This document shows, piece after piece, positions 11,701 through 25,000 of a stretch of 64,000 bases of DNA (within the stretch, counting starts at the first letter, position 1; every line of letters starts with the position of its first letter). The notes beneath the pieces were generated by a model. The model searched no databases. It worked only from the letters and a program-made list of their open reading frames with translations, and was not told the origin of the DNA. The DNA comes from Eledone cirrhosa (lineage: Eukaryota). The DNA is taken from the NCBI GenBank assembly GCA_964016885.1, contig OZ024758.1, forward strand, positions 37,944,001 to 38,008,000, in the 5' to 3' direction. The position numbers and the translations under genes were made by a program.

Positions 11701-14700
11701 TGGTGAGAATTCATTTAAGTCATGGTACTAGCTGTCAGAAGTAACTCCAATGTTGGTGAGAATTCATTTAAGTCATGGTACTAGCTGTCAGAAGTAACTC
11801 CAATGTTGGTGAGAATTCATTTAAGTTCATGGTACTAGCTGTCAGAAGTAACTCCAATGTTGGTGAGAATTCATTTAAGTTCATGGTATTAGCTGTCAGA
11901 AGGAACTCCACTGTTGGTGAGAATTCATTTAAGTTCATGGTATTAGCTGTCAGAAGTAACTCTACTGTTGGTGAGAATTCATTTAAGTCATGGTATTAGC
12001 TGTCAGAAGTAACTCCATTGTTGGTGAGAATTCATTTAAGTCATGGTACTAGCTGTCAGAAGTAACTCCAATGTTGGTGAGAATTCATTTAAGTCATGGT
12101 ACTAGCTGTCAGAAGTAACTCCACTGTTGGTGAGAATTCATTTACGTTCATGGTACTAGCTGTCAGAAGTAATTCCAATGTTGGTGAGAATTCATTTAAG
12201 TTCATGGTATTAGCTGTCAGAAGGAACTCCACTGTTGGTGAGAATTCATTTAAGTTCATGGTATTAGCTGTCAGAAGGAACTCCAATGTTGGTGAGAATT
12301 CATTTAAGTCATGGTACTAGCTGTCAGAAGTAACTCCACTGTTGGTGAGAATTCATTTAAGTTCATGGTATTAGCTGTCAGAAGGAACTCCACTGTTGGT
12401 GAGAATTCATTTAAGTTCATGGTACTAGCTGTCAGAAGTAACTCCAATGTTGGTGAGAATTCATTTAACTTCATGGTATTAGCTGTCAGAAGTAACTCTA
12501 CTGTTGGTGAGAATTCATTTAAGTCATGGTATTAGCTGTCAGAAGTAACTCCATTGTTGGTGAGAATTCATTTAAGTCATGGTACTAGCTGTCAGAAGTA
12601 ACTCCAATGTTGGTGAGAATTCATTTAAGTCATGGTACTAGCTGTCAGAAGTAACTCCAATGTTGGTGAGAATTCATTTAAGTTCATGTTATTAGCTGTC
12701 AGAAGGAACTCCACTGTTGGTGAGAATACATTTAAGTTCATGGTACTAGCTGTCAGAAGTAACCCCAATGTTGGTGAGAATTCATTTAAGTTCATGGTAT
12801 TAGCTGTCAGAAGTCACTCCAATGTTGGTGAGAATTCATTTAAGTTCATGGTATTAGCTGTCAGAAGTAACTCCACTGTTGGTAAGAATTCATTTAAGTT
12901 CATGGTATTAGCTCTCAGAAGTAACTCCACTGTTGGTGAGAATTCATTTAAGTTCATGGTATTAGCTGTCAGAAGGAACGCCACTGTTGGTGAGAATTCA
13001 TTTAAGTTCATGGTATTAGCTGTCAGAAGTAACTCCACTGTTGGTGAGAATTCATTTAAGTTCATGGTACTAGCTGTCAGAAGTAACTCCAATGTTGGTG
13101 AGAATTCATTTAAGTTCATGGTATTAGCTGTCAGAAGTCACTCCAATGTTGGTGAGAATTCATTTAAGTTCATGGTATTAGCTGTCAGAAGTCACTCCAC
13201 TGTTGGTGAGAATTCATTTAAGTTCATGGTACTAGCTGTCAGAAGTAACCCCAATATTGGTGAGAATTCATTTAAGTTCATGGTATTAGCTGTCAGAAGT
13301 CACTCCAATGTTGGCGAGAATTCATTTAAGTTCATGGTATTAGCTGTCAGAAGTAACTCCACTGTTGGTGAGAATTCATTTAAGTTCATGGTATTAGCTG
13401 TCAGAAGTAACTCCACTGTTGGTGAGAATTCATTTAAGTCATGGTATTAGCTGTCAGAAGTAACTCCAATGTTGGTGAGAATTCATTTAAGTTCATGGTA
13501 TTAGCTGTCAGAAGTCACTCCACTGTTGGTGAGAATTCATTTAAGTTCATGGTACTAGCTGTCAGAAGTAACCCAAATGTTGGTGAGAATTCATTTAAGT
13601 CATGGTACTAGCTGTCAGAAGTAACTCCACTGTTGGTGAGAATTCATTTAAGTTCATGGTATTAGCTGTCAGAAGGAACGCCACTGTTGGTGAGAATTTA
13701 TTTAAGTTCATGGTATTAGCTGTCAGAAGTAACTCCTCTGTTGGTGAGAATTCATTTAAGTTTATGGTACGAGCTGTCAGAAGTAACTCCAATGTTGGTG
13801 AGAATTCATTTAAGTTCATGGTATTAGCTGTCAGAAGGAACTCCACTGTTGCTGAGAATTCATTTAAGTTCATGGTATTAGCTGTCAGAAGTAACTCCAC
13901 TGTTGGTGAGAATTCATTTAAGTTCATGGTACTAGCTGTCAGAAGTAACTCCACTGTTGGTGAGAATTCATTTAAGTTCATGGTATTAGCTGTCAGAAGT
14001 CACTCCAATGTTGGTGAGAATTCATTTAAGTTCATGGTATTAGCTGTCAGAAGTCACTCCACTGTTGGTGAGAATTCATTTAAGTTCATGGTACTAGCTG
14101 TCAGAAGTAACCCCAATGTTGGTGAGAATTCATTTAAGTTCATGGTATTAGCTGTCAGAAGTCACTCCATTGTTGGTGAGAATTCATTTAAGTCATGGTA
14201 CTAGCTGTCAGAAGTAACTCCAATGTTGGTGAGAATTCATTTAAGTCATGGTACTAGCTGTCAGAAGTAACTCCAATGTTGGTGAGAATTCATTTAAGTT
14301 CATGTTATTAGCTGTCAGAAGTAACTCCACTGTTGGTGAGAATTCATTTACGTTCATGGTACTAGCTGTCAGAAGTAATTCCAATGTTGGTGAGAATTCA
14401 TTTAAGTTCATGGTATTAGCTGTCAGAAGGAACTCCACTGTTGGTGAGAATTCATTTAAGTTCATGGTATTAGCTGTCAGAAGGAACTCCAATGTTGGTG
14501 AGAATTCATTTAAGTCATGGTACTAGCTGTCAGAAGTAACTCCACTGTTGGTGAGAATTCATTTAAGTTCATGGTATTAGCTGTCAGAAGGAACTCCACT
14601 GTTGGTGAGAATTCATTTAAGTTCATGGTACTAGCTGTCAGAAGTAACTCCAATGTTGGTGAGAATTCATTTAACTTCATGGTATTAGCTGTCAGAAGTA

Positions 14701-14968
14701 ACTCTACTGTTGGTGAGAATTCATTTAAGTCATGGTATTAGCTGTCAGAAGTAACTCCATTGTTGGTGAGAATTCATTTAAGTCATGGTACTAGCTGTCA
14801 GAAGTAACTCCAATGTTGGTGAGAATTCATTTAAGTCATGGTACTAGCTGTCAGAAGTAACTCCAATGTTGGTGAGAATTCATTTAAGTTCATGTTATTA
14901 GCTGTCAGAAGGAACTCCACTGTTGGTGAGAATACATTTAAGTTCATGGTACTAGCTGTCAGAAGTAA
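5731..14968. repeat. Tandem duplication, period 4,622 bp (86 monomers, 22 of them 53 bp)
   Basis: ORF offsets 5917/10539, 6292/10914, 7474/12096, 8010/12632, 8980/13602 and 9895/14517 are all 4,622, with identical translations. The match runs ~5731-10346 vs ~10353-14968. 86x54-22=4622. Confidence 0.9.
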
Positions 14969-16375
14969 CCCCAATGTTGGTGAGAATTCATTTAAGTTCA
15001 TGGTATTAGCTGTCAGAAGTCACTCCAATGTTGGTGAGAATTCATTTAAGTTCATGGTATTAGCTGTCAGAAGTAACTCCACTGTTGGTAAGAATTCATT
15101 TAAGTTCATGGTATTAGCTCTCAGAAGTAACTCCACTGTTGGTGAGAATTCATTTAAGTTCATGGTATTAGCTGTCAGAAGGAACGCCACTGTTGGTGAG
15201 AATTCATTTAAGTTCATGGTATTAGCTGTCAGAAGTAACTCCACTGTTGGTGAGAATTCATTTAAGTTCATGGTACTAGCTGTCAGAAGTAACTCCAATG
15301 TTGGTGAGAATTCATTTAAGTTCATGGTATTAGCTGTCAGAAGTCACTCCAATGTTGGTGAGAATTCATTTAAGTTCATGGTATTAGCTGTCAGAAGTCA
15401 CTCCACTGTTGGTGAGAATTCATTTAAGTTCATGGTACTAGCTGTCAGAAGTAACCCCAATATTGGTGAGAATTCATTTAAGTTCATGGTATTAGCTGTC
15501 AGAAGTCACTCCAATGTTGGCGAGAATTCATTTAAGTTCATGGTATTAGCTGTCAGAAGTAACTCCACTGTTGGTGAGAATTCATTTAAGTTCATGGTAT
15601 TAGCTGTCAGAAGTAACTCCACTGTTGGTGAGAATTCATTTAAGTCATGGTATTAGCTGTCAGAAGTAACTCCAATGTTGGTGAGAATTCATTTAAGTTC
15701 ATGGTATGAGCTGTCAGAAGTCACTCCACTGTTGGTGAGAATTCATTTAAGTTCATGGTACTAGCTGTCAGAAGTAACCCAAATGTTGGTGAGAATTCAT
15801 TTAAGTCATGGTACTAGCTGTCAGAAGTAACTCCACTGTTGGTGAGAATTCATTTAAGTTCATGGTATTAGCTGTCAGAAGGAACGCCACTGTTGGTGAG
15901 AATTTATTTAAGTTCATGGTATTAGCTGTCAGAAGTAACTCCTCTGTTGGTGAGAATTCATTTAAGTTTATGGTACGAGCTGTCAGAAGTAACTCCAATG
16001 TTGGTGAGAATTCATTTAAGTTCATGGTATTAGCTGTCAGAAGGAACTCCACTGTTGCTGAGAATTCATTTAAGTTCATGGTATTAGCTGTCAGAAGTAA
16101 CTCCACTGTTGGTGAGAATTCATTTAAGTTCATGGTACTAGCTGTCAGAAGTAACTCCACTGTTGGTGAGAATTCATTTAAGTTCATGGTATTAGCTGTC
16201 AGAAGTCACTCCAATGTTGGTGAGAATTCATTTAAGTTCATGGTATTAGCTGTCAGAAGTCACTCCACTGTTGGTGAGAATTCATTTAAGTTCATGGTAC
16301 TAGCTGTCAGAAGTAACCCCAATGTTGGTGAGAATTCATTTAAGTTCATGGTATTAGCTGTCAGAAGTCACTCCA
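12104..16375. repeat. Near-tandem duplication, period 2,206 bp (41 monomers); the same pair recurs at ~22.5-26.9 kb
   Basis: Offsets 12311/14517, 12632/14838, 13602/15808, 23119/25325 and 24089/26295 are all 2,206. Shared markers AATTTATT and TTTATGGTACGAG. Confidence 0.85.
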
Positions 16376-19079
16376 ATGTTGGTGAGAATTCATTTAAGTT
16401 CATGGTATTAGCTGTCAGAAGTAACTCCACTGTTGGTGAGAATTCATTTAAGTTCATGGTACTAGCTGACAGAAGTAACTCCAATGTTGGTGAGAATTCA
16501 TTTAAGTTCATGGTATTAGCTGTCAGAAGGAACTCCACTGTTGGTGAGAATTCATTTAAGTTCATGGTATTAGCTGTCAGAAGTAACTCCACTGTTGGTG
16601 AGAATTCATTTAAGTCATGGTATTAGCTGTCAGAAGTAACTCCATTGTTGGTGAGAATTCATTTAAGTCATGGTACTAGCTGTCAGAAGTAACTCCAATG
16701 TTGGTGAGAATTCATTTAAGTCATGGTACTAGCTGTCAGAAGTAACTCCAATGTTGGTGAGAATTCATTTAAGTTCATGTTATTAGCTGTCAGAAGGAAC
16801 TCCACTGTTGGTGAGAATACATTTAAGTTCATGGTACTAGCTGTCAGAAGTAACCCCAATGTTGGTGAGAATTCATTTAAGTTCATGGTATTAGCTGTCA
16901 GAAGTCACTCCAATGTTGGTGAGAATTCATTTAAGTTCATGGTATTAGCTGTCAGAAGTAACTCCACTGTTGGTAAGAATTCATTTAAGTTCATGGTATT
17001 AGCTGTCAGAAGTAACTCCACTGTTGGTGAGAATTCATTTAAGTTCATGGTATTAGCTGTCAGAAGGAACGCCACTGTTGGTGAGAATTCATTTAAGTTC
17101 ATGGTATTAGCTGTCAGAAGTAACTCCACTGTTGGTGAGAATTCATTTACGTTCATGGTACTAGCTGTCAGAAGTAATTCCAATGTTGGTGAGAATTCAT
17201 TTAAGTTCATGGTATTAGCTGTCAGAAGGAACTCCACTGTTGGTGAGAATTCATTTAAGTTCATGGTATTAGCTGTCAGAAGGAACTCCAATGTTGGTGA
17301 GAATTCATTTAAGTCATGGTACTAGCTGTCAGAAGTAACTCCACTGTTGGTGAGAATTCATTTAAGTTCATGGTATTAGCTGTCAGAAGGAACGCCACTG
17401 TTGGTGAGAATTCATTTAAGTTCATGGTATTAGCTGTCAGAAGTAACTCCACTGTTGGTGAGAATTCATTTAAGTTCATGGTACTAGCTGTCAGAAGTAA
17501 CTCCAATGTTGGTGAGAATTCATTTAAGTTCATGGTATTAGCTGTCAGAAGGAACTCCACTGTTGGTGAGAATTCATTTAAGTTCATGGTATTAGCTGTC
17601 AGAAGTAACTCCACTGTTGGTGAGAATTCATTTAAGTCATGGTATTAGCTGTCAGAAGTAACTCCATTGTTGGTGAGAATTCATTTAAGTCATGGTACTA
17701 GCTGTCAGAAGTAACTCCAATGTTGGTGAGAATTCATTTAAGTCATGGTACTAGCTGTCAGAAGTAACTCCAATGTTGGTGAGAATTCATTTAAGTTCAT
17801 GTTATTAGCTGTCAGAAGGAACTCCACTGTTGGTGAGAATACATTTAAGTTCATGGTACTAGCTGTCAGAAGTAACCCCAATGTTGGTGAGAATTCATTT
17901 AAGTTCATGGTATTAGCTGTCAGAAGTCACTCCAATGTTGGTGAGGATTCATTTAAGTTCATGGTATTAGCTGTCAGAAGTAACTCCACTGTTGGTAAGA
18001 ATTCATTTAAGTTCATGGTATTAGCTCTCAGAAGTAACTCCACTGTTGGTGAGAATTCATTTAAGTTCATGGTATTAGCTGTCAGAAGGAACGCCACTGT
18101 TGGTGAGAATTCATTTAAGTTCATGGTATTAGCTGTCAGAAGTAACTCCACTGTTGGTGAGAATTCATTTAAGTTCATGGTACTAGCTGTCAGATGTAAC
18201 TCCAATGTTGGTGAGAATTCATTTAAGTTCATGGTATTAGCTGTCAGAAGTCACTCCAATGTTGGTGAGAATTCATTTAAGTTCATGGTATTAGCTGTCA
18301 GAAGTCACTCCACTGTTGGTGAGAATTCATTTAAGTTCATGGTACTAGCTGTCAGAAGTAACCCCAATATTGGTGAGAATTCATTTAAGTTCATGGTATT
18401 AGCTGTCAGAAGTCACTCCAATGTTGGTGAGAATTCATTTAAGTCATGGTATTAGCTGTCAGAAGTAACTCCAATGTTGGTGAGAATTCATTTAAGTCAT
18501 GGTATTAGCTGTCAGAAGTAACTCCAATGTTGGTGAGAATTCATTTAAGTTCATGGTATTAGCTGTCAGAAGTCACTCCACTGTTGGTGAGAATTCATTT
18601 AAGTTCATGGTACTAGCTGTCAGAAGTAACCCAAATGTTGGTGAGAATTCATTTAAGTTCATGGTATTAGCTGTCAGAAGTCACTCCAATGTTGGTGAGA
18701 ATTCATTTAAGTTCATGGTATTAGCTGTCAGAAGTAACTCCACTGTTGGTGAGAATTCATTTAAGTTCATGGTATTAGCTGTCAGAAGTAACTCCACTGT
18801 TGGTGAGAATTCATTTAAGTTCATGGTATTAGCTGTCAGAAGGAACTCCAATGTTGGTGAGAATTCATTTAAGTCATGGTACTAGCTGTCAGAAGTAACT
18901 CCACTGTTGGTGAGAATTCATTTAAGTTCATGGTATTAGCTGTCAGAAGGAACGCCACTGTTGGTGAGAATTCATTTAAGTTCATGGTATTAGCTGTCAG
19001 AAGTAACTCCACTGTTGGTGAGAATTCATTTAAGTTCATGGTACTAGCTGTCAGAAGTAACTCCACTGTTGGTGAGAAT

Positions 19080-22000
19080 TCATTTAAGTCATGGTATTAG
19101 CTGTCAGAAGTAACTCCAATGTTGGTGAGAATTCATTTAAGTCATGGTATTAGCTGTCAGAAGTAACTCCAATGTTGGTGAGAATTCATTTAAGTTCATG
19201 GTATTAGCTGTCAGAAGTCCCTCCACTGTTGGTGAGAATTCATTTAAGTTCATGGTACTAGCTGTCAGAAGTAACCCAAATGTTGGTGAGAATTCATTTA
19301 AGTTCATGGTATTAGCTGTCAGAAGTCACTCCAATGTTGGTGAGAATTCATTTAAGTTCATGGTATTAGCTGTCAGAAGTAACTCCACTGTTGGTGAGAA
19401 TTCATTTAAGTTCATGGTATTAGCTGTCAGAAGTAACTCCACTGTTGGTGAGAATTCATTTAAGTTCATGGTATTAGCTGTCAGAAGTAACTCCACTGTT
19501 GGTGAGAATTCATTTAAGTTCATGGTATTAGCTGTCAGAAGGAACTCCAATGTTGGTGAGAATTCATTTAAGTCATGGTACTAGCTGTCAGAAGTAACTC
19601 CACTGTTGGTGAGAATTCATTTAAGTTCATGGTATTAGCTGTCAGAAGGAACGCCACTGTTGGTGAGAATTCATTTAAGTTCATGGTATTAGCTGTCAGA
19701 AGTAACTCCTCTGTTGGTGAGAATTCATTTAAGTTCATGGTACTAGCTGTCAGAAGTAACTCCAATGTTGGTGAGAATTCATTTAAGTTCATGGTATTAG
19801 CTGTCAGAAGGAACTCCACTGTTGCTGAGAATTCATTTAAGTTCATGGTATTAGCTGTCAGAAGTAACTCCACTGTTGGTGAGAATTCATTTAAGTTCAT
19901 GGTACTAGCTGTCAGAATTAACTCCACTGTTGGTGAGAATTCATTTAAGTTCATGGTATTAGCTGTCAGAAGTCACTCCAATGTTGGTGAGAATTCATTT
20001 AAGTTCATGGTATTAGCTGTCAGAAGTCACTCCACTGTTGGTGAGAATTCATTTAAGTTCATGGTACTAGCTGTCAGAAGTAACCCCAATGTTGGTGAGA
20101 ATTCATTTAAGTTCATGGTATTAGCTGTCAGAAGTCACTCCAATGTTGGTGAGAATTCATTTAAGTTCATGGTATTAGCTGTCAGAAGGAACTCCACTGT
20201 TGGTGAGAATTCATTTAAGTTCATGGTATTAGCTGTCAGAAGTAACTCCAATGTTGGTGAGAATTCATTTAAGTCATGGTATTAGCTGTCAGAAGTAACT
20301 CCATTGTTGGTGAGAATTCATTTAAGTCATGGTACTAGCTGTCAGAAGTAACTCCAATGTTGGTGAGAATTCATTTAAGTCATGGTACTAGCTGTCAGAA
20401 GTAACTCCAATGTTGGTGAGAATTCATTTAAGTTCATGGTACTAGCTGTCAGAAGTAACTCCAATGTTGGTGAGAATTCATTTAAGTTCATGGTATTAGC
20501 TGTCAGAAGGAACTCCACTGTTGGTGAGAATTCATTTAAGTTCATGGTATTAGCTGTCAGAAGTAACTCTACTGTTGGTGAGAATTCATTTAAGTCATGG
20601 TATTAGCTGTCAGAAGTAACTCCATTGTTGGTGAGAATTCATTTAAGTCATGGTACTAGCTGTCAGAAGTAACTCCAATGTTGGTGAGAATTCATTTAAG
20701 TCATGGTACTAGCTGTCAGAAGTAACTCCAATGTTGGTGAGAATTCATTTAAGTTCATGTTATTAGCTGTCAGAAGTAACTCCACTGTTGGTGAGAATTC
20801 ATTTACGTTCATGGTACTAGCTGTCAGAAGTAATTCCAATGTTGGTGAGAATTCATTTAAGTTCATGGTATTAGCTGTCAGAAGGAACTCCACTGTTGGT
20901 GAGAATTCATTTAAGTTCATGGTATTAGCTGTCAGAAGGAACTCCAATGTTGGTGAGAATTCATTTAAGTCATGGTACTAGCTGTCAGAAGTAACTCCAC
21001 TGTTGGTGAGAATTCATTTAAGTTCATGGTATTAGCTGTCAGAAGGAACTCCACTGTTGGTGAGAATTCATTTAAGTTCATGGTACTAGCTGTCAGAAGT
21101 AACTCCAATGTTGGTGAGAATTCATTTAAGTTCATGGTATTAGCTGTCAGAAGGAACTCCACTGTTGGTGAGAATTCATTTAACTTCATGGTATTAGCTG
21201 TCAGAAGTAACTCTACTGTTGGTGAGAATTCATTTAAGTCATGGTATTAGCTGTCAGAAGTAACTCCATTGTTGGTGAGAATTCATTTAAGTCATGGTAC
21301 TAGCTGTCAGAAGTAACTCCAATGTTGGTGAGAATTCATTTAAGTCATGGTACTAGCTGTCAGAAGTAACTCCAATGTTGGTGAGAATTCATTTAAGTTC
21401 ATGTTATTAGCTGTCAGAAGGAACTCCACTGTTGGTGAGAATACATTTAAGTTCATGGTACTAGCTGTCAGAAGTAACCCCAATGTTGGTGAGAATTCAT
21501 TTAAGTTCATGGTATTAGCTGTCAGAAGTCACTCCAATGTTGGTGAGAATTCATTTAAGTTCATGGTATTAGCTGTCAGAAGTAACTCCACTGTTGGTAA
21601 GAATTCATTTAAGTTCATGGTATTAGCTCTCAGAAGTAACTCCACTGTTGGTGAGAATTCATTTAAGTTCATGGTATTAGCTGTCAGAAGGAACGCCACT
21701 GTTGGTGAGAATTCATTTAAGTTCATGGTATTAGCTGTCAGAAGTAACTCCACTGTTGGTGAGAATTCATTTAAGTTCATGGTACTAGCTGTCAGAAGTA
21801 ACTCCAATGTTGGTGAGAATTCATTTAAGTTCATGGTATTAGCTGTCAGAAGGAACGCCACTGTTGGTGAGAATTCATTTAAGTTCATGGTATTAGCTGT
21901 CAGAAGTAACTCCACTGTTGGTGAGAATTCATTTAAGTTCATGGTACTAGCTGTCAGAAGTAACTCCAATGTTGGTGAGAATTCATTTAAGTTCATGGTA

Positions 22001-25000
22001 TTAGCTGTCAGAAGTCACTCCAATGTTGGTGAGAATTCATTTAAGTTCATGGTATTAGCTGTCAGAAGTAACTCCACTGTTGGTGAGAATTCATTTAAGT
22101 CATGGTATTAGCTGTCAGAAGTAACTCCATTGTTGGTGAGAATTCATTTAAGTCATGGTACTAGCTGTCAGAAGTAACTCCAATGTTGGTGAGAATTCAT
22201 TTAAGTCATGGTACTAGCTGTCAGAAGTAACTCCAATGTTGGTGAGAATTCATTTAAGTTCATGGTACTAGCTGTCAGAAGTAACTCCAATGTTGGTGAG
22301 AATTCATTTAAGTTCATGGTATTAGCTGTCAGAAGGAACTCCACTGTTGGTGAGAATTCATTTAAGTTCATGGTATTAGCTGTCAGAAGTAACTCTACTG
22401 TTGGTGAGAATTCATTTAAGTCATGGTATTAGCTGTCAGAAGTAACTCCATTGTTGGTGAGAATTCATTTAAGTCATGGTACTAGCTGTCAGAAGTAACT
22501 CCAATGTTGGTGAGAATTCATTTAAGTCATGGTACTAGCTGTCAGAAGTAACTCCAATGTTGGTGAGAATTCATTTAAGTTCATGTTATTAGCTGTCAGA
22601 AGTAACTCCACTGTTGGTGAGAATTCATTTACGTTCATGGTACTAGCTGTCAGAAGTAATTCCAATGTTGGTGAGAATTCATTTAAGTTCATGGTATTAG
22701 CTGTCAGAAGGAACTCCACTGTTGGTGAGAATTCATTTAAGTTCATGGTATTAGCTGTCAGAAGGAACTCCAATGTTGGTGAGAATTCATTTAAGTCATG
22801 GTACTAGCTGTCAGAAGTAACTCCACTGTTGGTGAGAATTCATTTAAGTTCATGGTATTAGCTGTCAGAAGGAACTCCACTGTTGGTGAGAATTCATTTA
22901 AGTTCATGGTACTAGCTGTCAGAAGTAACTCCAATGTTGGTGAGAATTCATTTAACTTCATGGTATTAGCTGTCAGAAGTAACTCTACTGTTGGTGAGAA
23001 TTCATTTAAGTCATGGTATTAGCTGTCAGAAGTAACTCCATTGTTGGTGAGAATTCATTTAAGTCATGGTACTAGCTGTCAGAAGTAACTCCAATGTTGG
23101 TGAGAATTCATTTAAGTCATGGTACTAGCTGTCAGAAGTAACTCCAATGTTGGTGAGAATTCATTTAAGTTCATGTTATTAGCTGTCAGAAGGAACTCCA
23201 CTGTTGGTGAGAATACATTTAAGTTCATGGTACTAGCTGTCAGAAGTAACCCCAATGTTGGTGAGAATTCATTTAAGTTCATGGTATTAGCTGTCAGAAG
23301 TCACTCCAATGTTGGTGAGAATTCATTTAAGTTCATGGTATTAGCTGTCAGAAGTAACTCCACTGTTGGTAAGAATTCATTTAAGTTCATGGTATTAGCT
23401 CTCAGAAGTAACTCCACTGTTGGTGAGAATTCATTTAAGTTCATGGTATTAGCTGTCAGAAGGAACGCCACTGTTGGTGAGAATTCATTTAAGTTCATGG
23501 TATTAGCTGTCAGAAGTAACTCCACTGTTGGTGAGAATTCATTTAAGTTCATGGTACTAGCTGTCAGAAGTAACTCCAATGTTGGTGAGAATTCATTTAA
23601 GTTCATGGTATTAGCTGTCAGAAGTCACTCCAATGTTGGTGAGAATTCATTTAAGTTCATGGTATTAGCTGTCAGAAGTCACTCCACTGTTGGTGAGAAT
23701 TCATTTAAGTTCATGGTACTAGCTGTCAGAAGTAACCCCAATATTGGTGAGAATTCATTTAAGTTCATGGTATTAGCTGTCAGAAGTCACTCCAATGTTG
23801 GCGAGAATTCATTTAAGTTCATGGTATTAGCTGTCAGAAGTAACTCCACTGTTGGTGAGAATTCATTTAAGTTCATGGTATTAGCTGTCAGAAGTAACTC
23901 CACTGTTGGTGAGAATTCATTTAAGTCATGGTATTAGCTGTCAGAAGTAACTCCAATGTTGGTGAGAATTCATTTAAGTTCATGGTATTAGCTGTCAGAA
24001 GTCACTCCACTGTTGGTGAGAATTCATTTAAGTTCATGGTACTAGCTGTCAGAAGTAACCCAAATGTTGGTGAGAATTCATTTAAGTCATGGTACTAGCT
24101 GTCAGAAGTAACTCCACTGTTGGTGAGAATTCATTTAAGTTCATGGTATTAGCTGTCAGAAGGAACGCCACTGTTGGTGAGAATTTATTTAAGTTCATGG
24201 TATTAGCTGTCAGAAGTAACTCCTCTGTTGGTGAGAATTCATTTAAGTTTATGGTACGAGCTGTCAGAAGTAACTCCAATGTTGGTGAGAATTCATTTAA
24301 GTTCATGGTATTAGCTGTCAGAAGGAACTCCACTGTTGCTGAGAATTCATTTAAGTTCATGGTATTAGCTGTCAGAAGTAACTCCACTGTTGGTGAGAAT
24401 TCATTTAAGTTCATGGTACTAGCTGTCAGAAGTAACTCCACTGTTGGTGAGAATTCATTTAAGTTCATGGTATTAGCTGTCAGAAGTCACTCCAATGTTG
24501 GTGAGAATTCATTTAAGTTCATGGTATTAGCTGTCAGAAGTCACTCCACTGTTGGTGAGAATTCATTTAAGTTCATGGTACTAGCTGTCAGAAGTAACCC
24601 CAATGTTGGTGAGAATTCATTTAAGTTCATGGTATTAGCTGTCAGAAGTCACTCCATTGTTGGTGAGAATTCATTTAAGTCATGGTACTAGCTGTCAGAA
24701 GTAACTCCAATGTTGGTGAGAATTCATTTAAGTCATGGTACTAGCTGTCAGAAGTAACTCCAATGTTGGTGAGAATTCATTTAAGTTCATGTTATTAGCT
24801 GTCAGAAGTAACTCCACTGTTGGTGAGAATTCATTTACGTTCATGGTACTAGCTGTCAGAAGTAATTCCAATGTTGGTGAGAATTCATTTAAGTTCATGG
24901 TATTAGCTGTCAGAAGGAACTCCACTGTTGGTGAGAATTCATTTAAGTTCATGGTATTAGCTGTCAGAAGGAACTCCAATGTTGGTGAGAATTCATTTAA

